The translations under genes and the position numbers were made by a program. The notes under the pieces are model-generated. The model ran no database searches, was not told where the DNA came from, and saw only the letters and a program-made list of their open reading frames with translations. Shown piece by piece: positions 46,334 to 56,304 of a stretch of 64,000 nucleotides of DNA; the stretch's first letter is position 1, and each line of letters starts with the position of its first letter. Where the stretch lies: contig JBBFKW010000002.1 in the NCBI GenBank assembly GCA_037481835.1, positions 192,001-256,000 on the forward strand. Reading direction: 5' to 3'. This stretch comes from Desulfosoma sp. (lineage in GTDB: Bacteria; Desulfobacterota; Syntrophobacteria; Syntrophobacterales; DSM-9756).

Positions 46334-47803
46334 TTATTCCTGAACGAAGGGCACGCCGTCCCGAAGGCAGCGTTCGGCCCGTTCCAATTGCCGGCCCAGG
46401 TACAGGGCGTGGTTGATATCCGAAAGAGCGCCGTCCCGGGCGAGTTCGTATTGAATCCGGGAGGCCTTGGCGTGCCGGTAGGTCTTGAGCGTCACGTCCC
46501 CGTAACGGTGTTCCACGATAATCGCTTCCCCATCCAGGGTAATGCGAAAGTAGCCCATGGGATCTTCGCGATAGCGGAAAGATTTTTCGGCGGCGATGAG
46601 GGCGGCGCGATCCATTTGGCCCGGATCGATGGAAACGGACTGGCTGAAGACCGTGATGGGGCCGAGAGGCAAACCCACGGCACGGGCGACACATTCCCCC
46701 ACAGCCATGAGGCCGTAAAAGTTCACAAGCCAAGCGTCCAGGGCATTATGGGTTCGAAACACGGCGGTCAGGGTCAGGGCCTTCTGAAACGTTCTAAAGA
46801 AAAGGCTCACCAGGCACGGATGGCCGGTTTCCGCCGTGAGGTCCCGCCTGGGGTCCCAGAGCACCACGTAGGCCTTGCGGTCCTGCGGGTCTTTTTTCAG
46901 CCGGTCGATGACCGCCGCAAGACCGTCCACCCCGAAATAGGCTCGGATTCGGTTTCCGTAGTTGTAGGTTTCATCGGGTTCGATGGAGCCGCTCAGGATG
47001 TCCTCCCGGTAGCGCTCCAGCCGTTCGGGTTGAAAACCGTAGCGGGAGAGCGCCTCGTTGGATACGGGTGCCGGTTTTTCCACGACGACCTTGACGTTTT
47101 GCAACTCCCGGCGCTCTCCCTTGGCGAGGGTTACGGCCACCCCGAAGCGATGGATGGTGTAAACGAGATCCTTCCATGCCTCCAGGGGATCGTCGGCGAT
47201 GACGCTCAGGGCTCGAGGGTTTGAGGGGTAGCAGGAGACGTGCACCTGGGGAAGGGGAACACTCAGGCGCCTGGCCGAAGGGGGAGGGACGGGACGATAG
47301 TTTTTGAGGAATTGAACGAGGTTGTGGGCGTCAGGATTTTCTTGTGGAGATCCGAAGAAAAGGACCTTGGGCGCCCTTTCGAAATGCTCGGGCCGCACGA
47401 GATCGTCCACTACGCGCAGGGTCCCTCGGATGCGCGCGGGGCTCGGGGTTCCGTGAGGGGTCGTTTCATAGGCGACGGGAGAACCCGGATAGGGTTCCAG
47501 GCCTTGATCGAAGAAGGCTTGCAATTCTTCCAAGGATCCGGAGCGGTTCCGGCCGTATACCACCAGGGTGTCGATCTGAGGGTTATGGAGCAGATTGCGC
47601 AACAATTCCCGGAGGCCGTTTCCGTACAAGGTGCCCACGGCGGCGATGGGGCTCGTTTCTTCATGGAGGTTCAGCCCACGGCGCCGCAGCCGTTCCAAAA
47701 TCACGTCGGGACGGGACCAGAGGGTCACAAGCCCGACGGTCCCGTACGGGTTGATGACGATGAGGTTTTGGGCGCAATGGATCGGGACGAACCGGAGCTT
47801 CAT
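46334..47803 (-). CDS. Thymidylate synthase-like fusion: MtrA-like N-terminus, archaeal-type ThyA core, DUF4346 C-terminus
   Basis: G.LYGNG...LRNLLHNPQI..LVVYG; YNYGNR, RKA..LWDP, HPCL, FRTHN..AW.N; DPMGYF...HALYLGRQLERAE. Confidence 0.75.
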   Translation of the reverse strand: MKLRFVPIHCAQNLIVINPYGTVGLVTLWSRPDVILERLRRRGLNLHEETSPIAAVGTLYGNGLRELLRNLLHNPQIDTLVVYGRNRSGSLEELQAFFDQGLEPYPGSPVAYETTPHGTPSPARIRGTLRVVDDLVRPEHFERAPKVLFFGSPQENPDAHNLVQFLKNYRPVPPPSARRLSVPLPQVHVSCYPSNPRALSVIADDPLEAWKDLVYTIHRFGVAVTLAKGERRELQNVKVVVEKPAPVSNEALSRYGFQPERLERYREDILSGSIEPDETYNYGNRIRAYFGVDGLAAVIDRLKKDPQDRKAYVVLWDPRRDLTAETGHPCLVSLFFRTFQKALTLTAVFRTHNALDAWLVNFYGLMAVGECVARAVGLPLGPITVFSQSVSIDPGQMDRAALIAAEKSFRYREDPMGYFRITLDGEAIIVEHRYGDVTLKTYRHAKASRIQYELARDGALSDINHALYLGRQLERAERCLRDGVPFVQE

Positions 47804-48399
47804 GGGCGGGGGATGAAATCGGTGGCGGGGGTTCGGCGCCGGGAGGTGATGTTTCGGATGTCCGATAGGATGTAGTCGTAGGTTTCGGGCGAAATGAGGA
47901 GCCTTTCGAAAGTTTCGATCCCGGCTTCTCGAACGGCTTCTTGCCAAAAGCGATCCCTTTCGGGAGACGCCGAATCGTAGCTTTGTTCGTAGTACACGGC
48001 TCGGATCCGTGCGGTGGCGATGAGTTTCAAGCACACGTAACAGGGAGCCAAGGTCGTGTACAGGGTCGCCCCTTCGACGGAAATGCCGTATCGGGCCGCC
48101 TGGGCGATGGCGTTGGCTTCGGCGTGGCTGGCTTTGCAAAAGTTGTATTTGTCCACGTCGGGAACGCCGAGGCTCCGCCGGTAGCAGTAGGGCCGGCCGT
48201 CGTCCATGTCAGGCTGGTCGATGCAGTGGGGGGCCCCGGGCATGGCGCCGTTATAGCCCGTGGAGAGGATATGGTTGTCCTTGACGATGACGGCGCCTGT
48301 CGGCCTGGAATTGCAGGTGGATCGGGTGCTCACGATCTTGGCGATGAGCATGAAGTATTCGTGCCAGCTGGGGCGTTGTCGGGCCATGGCGTTCGTCAC
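47800..48399 (-). CDS. dCMP deaminase (ComEB-like)
   Basis: RPSWHEYFM, RSTC, STGYNG, HAEANA, PCYVC zinc motifs; 4-nt overlaps with both neighbours. Confidence 0.9.
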   Translation of the reverse strand: MTNAMARQRPSWHEYFMLIAKIVSTRSTCNSRPTGAVIVKDNHILSTGYNGAMPGAPHCIDQPDMDDGRPYCYRRSLGVPDVDKYNFCKASHAEANAIAQAARYGISVEGATLYTTLAPCYVCLKLIATARIRAVYYEQSYDSASPERDRFWQEAVREAGIETFERLLISPETYDYILSDIRNITSRRRTPATDFIPRP

Positions 48400-49406
48400 G
48401 AACCGTTTTCGGTTTTTTCATGGTACAGGAAGCACCGCACGAACCGGTCCCGCCCGTACGGTTCCAAGGATGGCACAAAACGCCGGCACGTGTCCATGGC
48501 CTTGGGGCATCTGGGATGGAAGTGGCATCCTTCGGGCGGATGCAGGGGGCTCGGAAGGTCGCCCGTGAGGCCTTTTCGCGCCTTCTTGCGGTCCGGGTCG
48601 GGAAAGGGGGCGGCTTCCAGGAGGGCCTGCGTGTAAGGGTGCAGGGGGTCGTTGTAGAGGGTTTTCTTGTCGGCCGATTCCACGATACGGCCGAGATACA
48701 TCACGGCCACGCGGTCGCTGATGTGGCGGACCACCGAGAGATCGTGGGAGACGAACAGATAGGTCAGGCCGAACTGTTCCTGGAGGTCCATGAGCAGGTT
48801 GATGACCTGGGCCTGGATGGAAACATCCAGAGCCGAAACGGGTTCATCACAAATGATGAGTTCCGGCTGAAGGGCCAGGGCTCTCGCGATGCCGATCCGC
48901 TGTCTTTGGCCCCCACTGAATTCATGGGGATAGCGGTTGATCTGTTCGGGTCTGAGTCCGACGACTTCCATGAGGTGGCGGACCCGTTCCTGCCGTTCCG
49001 CCGGCGAACCCACCTTGTGGATGACCAGTCCTTCGCCGATGATGCGCCCGACGGTTTGGCGTGGATTCAAGCTGGCGTAGGGGTCTTGAAAAATGATTTG
49101 CATGCGGCGCCGAAGGGGACGCATTTGGGCTCGGTTCAATGCCACGATGTCCAGGCCGGAAAAGACAATGGATCCCGCCGTGGGTTTTTCCAGCTGCAGG
49201 ATGACCCGGCCCAGGGTGGATTTCCCGCAACCGCTTTCCCCGACCAAGCCGACGGTTTCTCCTCTGAGAACGGACAGGGTCACCCCGTCCACGGCCTTCA
49301 CCGTGCCCACCCGGCGGCGGAAGACGCCTCCCGTGACCGGGTAATGTTTTTTTACGTTCTTGAGGGTGACGAGCGGTTCCATGGATTTGGATTTGGCGGG
49401 TTCCAT
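48396..49406 (-). CDS. dppF: Dipeptide/oligopeptide ABC transporter ATP-binding protein
   Basis: [38 protein letters not shown]. Confidence 0.92.
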   Translation of the reverse strand: MEPAKSKSMEPLVTLKNVKKHYPVTGGVFRRRVGTVKAVDGVTLSVLRGETVGLVGESGCGKSTLGRVILQLEKPTAGSIVFSGLDIVALNRAQMRPLRRRMQIIFQDPYASLNPRQTVGRIIGEGLVIHKVGSPAERQERVRHLMEVVGLRPEQINRYPHEFSGGQRQRIGIARALALQPELIICDEPVSALDVSIQAQVINLLMDLQEQFGLTYLFVSHDLSVVRHISDRVAVMYLGRIVESADKKTLYNDPLHPYTQALLEAAPFPDPDRKKARKGLTGDLPSPLHPPEGCHFHPRCPKAMDTCRRFVPSLEPYGRDRFVRCFLYHEKTENGS

Positions 49407-49512
49407 CGGTTTGTGCCTGTTTTGGGTTTTTGTTTCGCCCTTTCGGAGCTTTGGTTAGATCAAGGGGCCCCTTGACCCGGGGCTTGGCCCCGGGCTGTTT
49501 TCCTTGGCCTTT

Positions 49513-50508
49513 TCAGGGCCCAGGGCCTTCGGCCGGGGGCGCTGCATGAAGCCAGCAGCGCACGCTGTGTCCCGGCTGGAGCGCCGTCAGCGGCGGCTCT
49601 TCTTCATGGCAGCGGGGCATGACGAAGCTACACCGGTCGTTGAACTTGCAGCCCACCGGCAAGGCGAGCAGGCTGGGCACAACGCCTGGGATGGCTTCCA
49701 GCCGGCGCTTTTCTTCGTGCACCAAGGTCGGGATGGACCGCAAGAGTCCCTGGGTGTACGGGTGCATGGGGTGATGGAACAGTTCGCGCACGGGAGCCTC
49801 TTCCACGACGCGCCCGGCGTACATGACCACCACGTGCTCGGCCGTTTCCGCCACGACCCCCAGATCGTGCGTGATCAAAAGCACGGCGGTGCCCGTGGTG
49901 CGACGCAGTTCATCCATGAGTTCCAGGATTTGGGCCTGGATGGTCACATCCAGCGCCGTTGTGGGCTCATCGGCGATGAGCAGGCGCGGGCTGCAGGCCA
50001 GGGCCATGGCGATCATGACGCGCTGGCGCATGCCGCCGCTCATCTGGTGCGGATAGTCCCGAATGCGCGTCTCCGGTGACGGGATGCCCACCATGCGAAG
50101 AAGATCCACGGCCCGGTCCAGGGCTTCCTTGCGGGAAAGTTTCTCATGCAGTTCCAAGACTTCGGCGATCTGATCCCCGACCCGAAACACGGGATTGAGA
50201 GATGTCATGGGTTCCTGGAAGATCATGGAAATCTTGTTTCCGCGAACATGGCGCATCTCACTTTCCGAGAGACCAAGAAGGTCCGTGCCGTCGAAAAGGA
50301 TGCGCCCGGAGGCGATCTTTCCCGGCGGAACGGGGATGAGCCGCATGATGGACAGAGCCGTCACGCTCTTGCCGCAGCCGGATTCCCCCACCAGGGCGAG
50401 GGTTTTCCCCGCGTCTACGGAAAAGCTCACATCGTCGACGGCTTTCACCGTGCCGCGGTCCGTGTGGAAGTACGTCGCAAGGTGTTCGACCTGGAGCAGA
50501 GGCGCCAT
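49513..50508 (-). CDS. dppD: Dipeptide/oligopeptide ABC transporter ATP-binding protein
   Basis: [29 protein letters not shown]. Confidence 0.92.
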   Translation of the reverse strand: MAPLLQVEHLATYFHTDRGTVKAVDDVSFSVDAGKTLALVGESGCGKSVTALSIMRLIPVPPGKIASGRILFDGTDLLGLSESEMRHVRGNKISMIFQEPMTSLNPVFRVGDQIAEVLELHEKLSRKEALDRAVDLLRMVGIPSPETRIRDYPHQMSGGMRQRVMIAMALACSPRLLIADEPTTALDVTIQAQILELMDELRRTTGTAVLLITHDLGVVAETAEHVVVMYAGRVVEEAPVRELFHHPMHPYTQGLLRSIPTLVHEEKRRLEAIPGVVPSLLALPVGCKFNDRCSFVMPRCHEEEPPLTALQPGHSVRCWLHAAPPAEGPGP

Positions 50509-50523
50509 GGAAAGGGTCCTTTG

Positions 50524-51399
50524 TTATTCACGAAGTCGGGGATCGAGAGCGTCGCGCAGCCCGTCTCCCAGAAGATTGAAGCCCAGAACGGAAAAGAGAA
50601 TCATCAAACCCGGGAAGGTGACGGCCCACCAGGCCCTGAGAATGAGGGCCCGACCGTTGGCGAGCATGGCGCCCCATTCCGGAGTGGGGGGCTGGGCGCC
50701 GAGGCCGAGGAAGCTCAACGCGGCGGCTTCCAAGATGGCCGACGCGAAGCCCAGGGTCGTCTGCACGATCAACGGAGCCAGGCAATTGGGAAGGATATGG
50801 ACGAAAATCAAGCGGGCGTCACTGGCTCCCAAAGCCCGTGCGGCCTGCACATAGTCCTTGGCATACTCTTCCAGGACCGATCCCCGCACCAGGCGCGCAT
50901 ACCGGGGAATACTCACCACCCCGATGGCGATCATGGCGTTTTGCAGGCTGGGTCCCAAGAACGCCACAATGACGATGGCCAACAGGATGCTTGGGAAGGC
51001 GAGCAAAAGATCCATGAAGCGCATCACCACGTGGTCGAGAAGCCCTCCGTAGAAGCCGGCCGTCGAACCCGCCAGGGTCCCGAAAAACAACGCGATGGAT
51101 ACGGACACCACGCCGACGACCATGGAGATGCGCGCCCCGTAGATGAGGCGACTGAGAAGATCGCGCCCGAAATCGTCGGTGCCCAGCACATGGGTCCAGG
51201 ACCCTCCCCTTTGCCACACCGGGGGTTTGAGTTTGGCGTAGAGGGATTGTTCCAGGGGATCGTGGGGAGCCATCAACGGGGCGAAAAGGGCCATCCCGGC
51301 AAAGAGCACGATAATCGCCAAGCCGGCGACGGCCGTCTTGTTCTTGCGGAGGCGTCGGAAGGCTTCCACCCAAGGGCTCTGAGGTTTTTCGCCGTTCAT
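50524..51399 (-). CDS. dppC: Dipeptide ABC transporter permease
   Basis: LGTDDFGRD, EAA loop AARALGAS, FNLLGDGLRDALDP. Confidence 0.92.
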   Translation of the reverse strand: MNGEKPQSPWVEAFRRLRKNKTAVAGLAIIVLFAGMALFAPLMAPHDPLEQSLYAKLKPPVWQRGGSWTHVLGTDDFGRDLLSRLIYGARISMVVGVVSVSIALFFGTLAGSTAGFYGGLLDHVVMRFMDLLLAFPSILLAIVIVAFLGPSLQNAMIAIGVVSIPRYARLVRGSVLEEYAKDYVQAARALGASDARLIFVHILPNCLAPLIVQTTLGFASAILEAAALSFLGLGAQPPTPEWGAMLANGRALILRAWWAVTFPGLMILFSVLGFNLLGDGLRDALDPRLRE

Positions 51400-52404
51400 T
51401 CACGACACCTTAATCCGCGGATTGATCCACGCGTAGAGAATATCCACGATCATATTGATGGTGACAAAGGTGGTGGCGATGAGCATGGTGCCGCCCTGCA
51501 CGGCGTTGAAATCCCGGGCGTAGACGGCGTTCAGGAGCCACAACCCGATGCCGGGCCAGGCGAAAATGGTTTCCGTGAGGATGGCTCCTCCGAGGAGGAT
51601 TCCGAACTGTAGGCCGATCACCGTGATGATGGGGATGAGGGCGTTTTTCAGGGCGTGCTTGTAGTGAACGAGTCGCGGCGGCAGGCCCTTGGCCTTGGCG
51701 GTTCGGATGTAGTCCTGGCGCAGGACTTCCAGCATGCTGGATCGGGTGATGCGGGCGATGATGGCCATGGGGATGGTGCTCAGCGTGAAGGCCGGCATGA
51801 CGATATGCCACAGAGCGTCCCGAAACCCTTGCCAGTTGGCCGTAAGCAGGCTGTCTATGAGGTGCAGCCCGGTGATGGTCTGAATGTGTACGTTGTAGCT
51901 CAGTCGTCCGGACAAGGGGAGCCAGCCCAGGTGAAGGGAGAAAATGATCATGAGGATCAAGCCCAGCCAGAAGATGGGCATGGAAACGCCCACGAGGGAA
52001 CAGAGCATGCTGGAGTAATCGAAGACCGAGTACTGGCGCGTGGCGGAAATGACTCCGGCAAACATTCCCAATGAGACGGCGAAGACCATGGCGGCGAAAG
52101 ACAGTTCCACCGTGGCCGGAAAACGTTCGGCGATTTCGGTTGTGATTTCTTCATGGGTGCGCAGGGCCCTGCCCAGATCGCCGCGCAGCAGCCGGGAGAT
52201 GAACCGGCCGTATTGAATGTGCAAAGGCTGGTCCAACCCCAGCTGCTCGCGCAGTTCCTTAAGGGCCTGTTCGGACGCCCGTTCCCCAAGCATCATCTCG
52301 GCCGGGTCTCCCGGAACCAGGTGAATCATGAGAAACACCAGGACCGAAATGCCGAAAACGGTTGGGATCAGGGTCAGAACGCGTCGAATGATAAAAGAAG
52401 CCAC
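51400..52404 (-). CDS. dppB: Dipeptide ABC transporter permease
   Basis: PGDPA, FPATVEL, DYIRTAKAKGL, ETIFAWPG; GTG start. Confidence 0.92.
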   Translation of the reverse strand: MASFIIRRVLTLIPTVFGISVLVFLMIHLVPGDPAEMMLGERASEQALKELREQLGLDQPLHIQYGRFISRLLRGDLGRALRTHEEITTEIAERFPATVELSFAAMVFAVSLGMFAGVISATRQYSVFDYSSMLCSLVGVSMPIFWLGLILMIIFSLHLGWLPLSGRLSYNVHIQTITGLHLIDSLLTANWQGFRDALWHIVMPAFTLSTIPMAIIARITRSSMLEVLRQDYIRTAKAKGLPPRLVHYKHALKNALIPIITVIGLQFGILLGGAILTETIFAWPGIGLWLLNAVYARDFNAVQGGTMLIATTFVTINMIVDILYAWINPRIKVS

Positions 52405-52438
52405 GTTTGCCTCTCAAGAGAACCCCGCGGCGATTGCC

Positions 52439-54049
52439 TCAGGATTCGATCCACACCTTGTGCAGCCGGATACTCGCCGTGGGATGAAGCTTGAAGTTCA
52501 TCACGGACTTTTTCATGGGCCACACCACCAAGGAATGGGCCAGGTTGATCAAGGGCACTTCTTCATGGATCAGTTCCTGTGCCCTGCGGTAGAGTTTGAT
52601 GCGTTCTTCCTTGCTGGACGCCTGTTTCGCTTTGACGATGATCTCATGATATTCTTGGTTCTTCCATTGGGTCCGCACGTTGGGGTCGGCATAGCCGTCC
52701 AAGAGCACGGCCAGGAAGTTGTCCGGATCGCCGTTGTCGCCGGTCCAGCCCAGCTGGAACATATCCATGGACGGATCCTGTTCCCGCTGTTTCTTCAAGT
52801 ACGTGCCCCATTCAAAGGTGACCAGTTCCACGTCGATCCCCACCTTCTTGAGATCCGCCTGAATGGCTTCGCCCACTTTCATGCCGTTGGGATTGTACGG
52901 CCTTGGTACGGGCATGCTCCACAGGGTGATCTTGGTCTGGCCGGCTTCTTTGAGTTTGTCGAAGAACTTGGCTTCCTGGAGGAGCTTCTTGGCCATTTCG
53001 GGATCGTAGGGGTAGTCCTGGATATCGTCGTTGTATCCCCACATGGTGGGCGGGATGGTGTTCTTGGCCACTTGGCCCAAGCCGTAGTAGATGTTGTCCA
53101 CGATGGCCTTCTTGTTGATGGCGTAGGCCATGGCTTTTCGGATCCTCTTGTCCTGCCACAGCGGTTTCGTGTGGTTGAAACTCACGTAGCCGATATTCAT
53201 GCCCGGCTGGGACACGAGCTTCAGGTTGGGGTCCTTGGACGCCAGTTCGATGTCTTCCGGGTTGGGAAACTGGCAGATATCGATGTTACCCGTCTTCAGT
53301 TCCAGAAAACGCACCGAATTGTCGGGGATGGTTCGAAAGATGGCCTGATCCAGATAGGGCCGGCCGTCCCAGTAGTCGGGGTTGGCCTGGAGAATGATCC
53401 GATCGTCTTTGATCCACTTGACGAATTTGAACGGGCCGGTGCCCACGGGGTTGCTCTTGAAATCGGGGCCCAGCTTCAACACCGCCGTGGGGCTGACGAT
53501 GGCGGCGAAGTCCATGCCCATATTGGCGATGAAAGGGGCCTCCGGCCTCAAAAGCTTGAAAACCACCGTGTAATCATCGACAGCTTCGATGCCGGCGACG
53601 ATCTTGTCCATTTCCATGGACAGCCAGTATTCGGCGGGGGGCTGTTCCTTGGGAAATTCCCACTGGGTTTTAAAAAACTTGACCTTCTTCTCCTTCATCA
53701 TGCGCCCGAGGGAAAAGACCACCGCATCGGCGTTGAAATCCGTGCCGTCGTGGAACTTCACTCCTTTGCGCAAATGGAAGGTGTAGGTGAGCCCGTCGGG
53801 CGACACGTCCCAGGAGGTGGCGAGCCCGGGGACGATGTCCGTGGATTCGTCCGCATAGAGCACCAACTGGTCATAGACATTGTCGCAGATCATGAAAGAG
53901 TTGCCGTCGGTTTCAAAAGCCGGATCCAACCCCACACTGTCGCCGCCTCTGCCGAAAACCAGGGTGCCCCCCGTTTTCGGAGTGGCCGCCGCGGCCGCCG
54001 ACGCCCACAAAATCCCCAGTGCCGCCATCCACACACCCCATCTTTTCAT
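52439..54049 (-). CDS. dppA: Dipeptide ABC transporter substrate-binding protein
   Basis: Signal peptide; [43 protein letters not shown]. Confidence 0.92.
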   Translation of the reverse strand: MKRWGVWMAALGILWASAAAAATPKTGGTLVFGRGGDSVGLDPAFETDGNSFMICDNVYDQLVLYADESTDIVPGLATSWDVSPDGLTYTFHLRKGVKFHDGTDFNADAVVFSLGRMMKEKKVKFFKTQWEFPKEQPPAEYWLSMEMDKIVAGIEAVDDYTVVFKLLRPEAPFIANMGMDFAAIVSPTAVLKLGPDFKSNPVGTGPFKFVKWIKDDRIILQANPDYWDGRPYLDQAIFRTIPDNSVRFLELKTGNIDICQFPNPEDIELASKDPNLKLVSQPGMNIGYVSFNHTKPLWQDKRIRKAMAYAINKKAIVDNIYYGLGQVAKNTIPPTMWGYNDDIQDYPYDPEMAKKLLQEAKFFDKLKEAGQTKITLWSMPVPRPYNPNGMKVGEAIQADLKKVGIDVELVTFEWGTYLKKQREQDPSMDMFQLGWTGDNGDPDNFLAVLLDGYADPNVRTQWKNQEYHEIIVKAKQASSKEERIKLYRRAQELIHEEVPLINLAHSLVVWPMKKSVMNFKLHPTASIRLHKVWIES

Positions 54050-54191
54050 CGCCGTCCCTCCTTCGAACATCTTTGTGTGACACCGCCGAAGACCTTATCA
54101 TGTCTAGGAAAACTGATGCACACGTAGCAGATCTTGTGTAAGATGTCAAAAGTGGCGGATTCGAGCGACACCGGCATGGAAAGGAGAGGGA

Positions 54192-56093
54192 ATGGCTCAA
54201 AAACCGGACCGGGAGCCTGTGGGGCTGAAGGATTTCCTTGATCGCGTCAAGGAATCCATGGGCGGGGCGCCTGATCACAACAAGCGCAAGGTGCATTTTT
54301 CCTTTTGGTATTTCCTCATCGCGCTCATGGTCATCTCCTGGATCCATGACGTCATGGTCCAGCAGCAGCGCGTCCAGATTCCCTATTCCCAATTCAAACA
54401 GCTGGTGCAGCAAGGGGCCGTGAAAAACGTGGTCATCGAGCCCAACCGCATCACGGGGGAAATTACCGAAGGAGACCTGGCCAACCGGCGTTTTGTGGCC
54501 GTTCGGGTGGAAGATCCCGAATTGGTGCGGCTTTTGGACCAGCGAGGCATCGCCTACACGGGCCGCTTGGAAAACCGCATCCTCGAAGCCGTTCTGTCGT
54601 GGCTTCTGCCCATGGCCTTTTTCATTCTCTTTTGGGGTTTTCTCATCCGCCGCATGGGTGGGGGCCCCCAAGGGGTACTCTCCGTGGGTAAGGCCCGGGT
54701 CAAGATTTACGCGGAAAAGCAGGTCGGGATCACCTTCGACGACGTGGCCGGAATCGACGAAGCCAAGGTGGAACTCCAAGAGATCGTGGAATTTTTGCAA
54801 AACCCGGAAAAATTCCAAAGGCTGGGCGGAAAAATTCCCAAGGGCGTCCTGTTGGTGGGCGCGCCCGGCACGGGCAAGACCCTCCTCGCCAAAGCTGTGG
54901 CCGGGGAGGCGGGCGTGCCGTTTTTCAGCATGAGCGGGTCGGACTTTGTGGAAATGTTCGTGGGCGTCGGTGCGGCTCGGGTCCGTGACCTTTTCGCCCA
55001 AGCCAAGCAAAACGCCCCGTGCATCATCTTCATCGATGAGCTGGACGCCTTGGGGAAGGCCAGAGGATTAAACCCCGTGGGCGGGCACGACGAAAGGGAA
55101 CAAACCCTAAACCAGCTCCTGGTGGAAATGGACGGCTTCGAGGCCAATTCGGGCGTGATCATCATGGCGGCCACAAATAGGCCGGAAATCCTGGACCCGG
55201 CCCTCCTTCGCCCGGGACGGTTCGACCGCCACGTGGCCGTGGACAAGCCGGACATCCGCGGCCGCGAAGCCATTTTGAAGATCCACACCCGAAACGTCCA
55301 GCTGGACGACGATGTGGACCTCCAAAAGGTGGCGGCCATGACCCCAGGGTTTGTGGGGGCGGATTTGGCGAACCTGGTCAACGAAGCGGCCCTTCTTGCG
55401 GCACGGCGAAACAAAGACCGTGTGGGCATGTCCGAATTCCAGGAAGCCATCGACCGCATTATCGGAGGACTGGAAAAGAAGAACCGGGCCATGAATCCCA
55501 AGGAGAAAAAAATCGTGGCCTTTCATGAAGCGGGGCACGCCTTGGTGGCCATGAACGTCCCTCACGCCGACCCCGTCAACAAGGTGTCCATTATTCCGCG
55601 AGGGATCGCCGCCTTGGGCTACACCCAGCAGATGCCCACGGAGGACCGCTACCTCATGACCCGGGAAGAACTTCTCGACCGGCTGTGTGTGCTTCTCGGG
55701 GGCCGTGTGGCTGAAGAGCTGGTCTTCGGCGATGTGTCCACGGGGGCGCAAAACGATCTGCAGCGGGCCACCGATATCGCCCGCAGCATGATCATGGAAT
55801 ACGGCATGAGCGACAAGCTGGGGCTGGTCACCTTCACCCGGGAACCGCGCTCCGCGTTCCTCGATCTGGGCATGGCGCCTCGAGCCCGCGAGTACAGCGA
55901 AAAGACGGCCCAAGAAATAGATGAGGAAATCCGAAGGGTGATCGAGGAATCCTACGCCCGGGTCCGAGAAATCTTGACGAAAAAGCGCCGGTACTTGGAC
56001 CAAATGGCGGAGACCCTGTTGGAACAGGAAGTTCTGGAAGGCGAAGCCTTGAGGGCCTTGGAGCGCCAGGTGAAGGCCGATGAGGCGGCATAG
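54192..56093 (+). CDS. ftsH: ATP-dependent zinc metalloprotease FtsH
   Basis: Two TMs, [29 protein letters not shown]. Confidence 0.96.
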   Translation: MAQKPDREPVGLKDFLDRVKESMGGAPDHNKRKVHFSFWYFLIALMVISWIHDVMVQQQRVQIPYSQFKQLVQQGAVKNVVIEPNRITGEITEGDLANRRFVAVRVEDPELVRLLDQRGIAYTGRLENRILEAVLSWLLPMAFFILFWGFLIRRMGGGPQGVLSVGKARVKIYAEKQVGITFDDVAGIDEAKVELQEIVEFLQNPEKFQRLGGKIPKGVLLVGAPGTGKTLLAKAVAGEAGVPFFSMSGSDFVEMFVGVGAARVRDLFAQAKQNAPCIIFIDELDALGKARGLNPVGGHDEREQTLNQLLVEMDGFEANSGVIIMAATNRPEILDPALLRPGRFDRHVAVDKPDIRGREAILKIHTRNVQLDDDVDLQKVAAMTPGFVGADLANLVNEAALLAARRNKDRVGMSEFQEAIDRIIGGLEKKNRAMNPKEKKIVAFHEAGHALVAMNVPHADPVNKVSIIPRGIAALGYTQQMPTEDRYLMTREELLDRLCVLLGGRVAEELVFGDVSTGAQNDLQRATDIARSMIMEYGMSDKLGLVTFTREPRSAFLDLGMAPRAREYSEKTAQEIDEEIRRVIEESYARVREILTKKRRYLDQMAETLLEQEVLEGEALRALERQVKADEAA

Positions 56094-56129
56094 GGGCGAG
56101 ATTCCGCCGGCTTACATCTTCGAAAACTC

Positions 56130-56160
56130 GTAGGTTGGGGTTCGCCTTGCGAACCCCAAC
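56130..56160 (+). repeat. GTAG-type REP-like palindrome
   Basis: GTAG followed by a perfect 12-bp stem GTTGGGGTTCGC-CTT-GCGAACCCCAAC between convergent genes. Confidence 0.6.
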
Positions 56161-56304
56161 ATCCTCCGGCGCCCATTTCGGCGCGTTCGTGTCCCCAATG
56201 GTGCCCCCGCCACCCCGTGCCCCAAGGCTCCCGCCGAATACGCCGGGTGCCCGACGGGGCCCCCACCGCACCGAGAGTCCTGGGCTTTTGCCTTCCCGGT
56301 TTTT

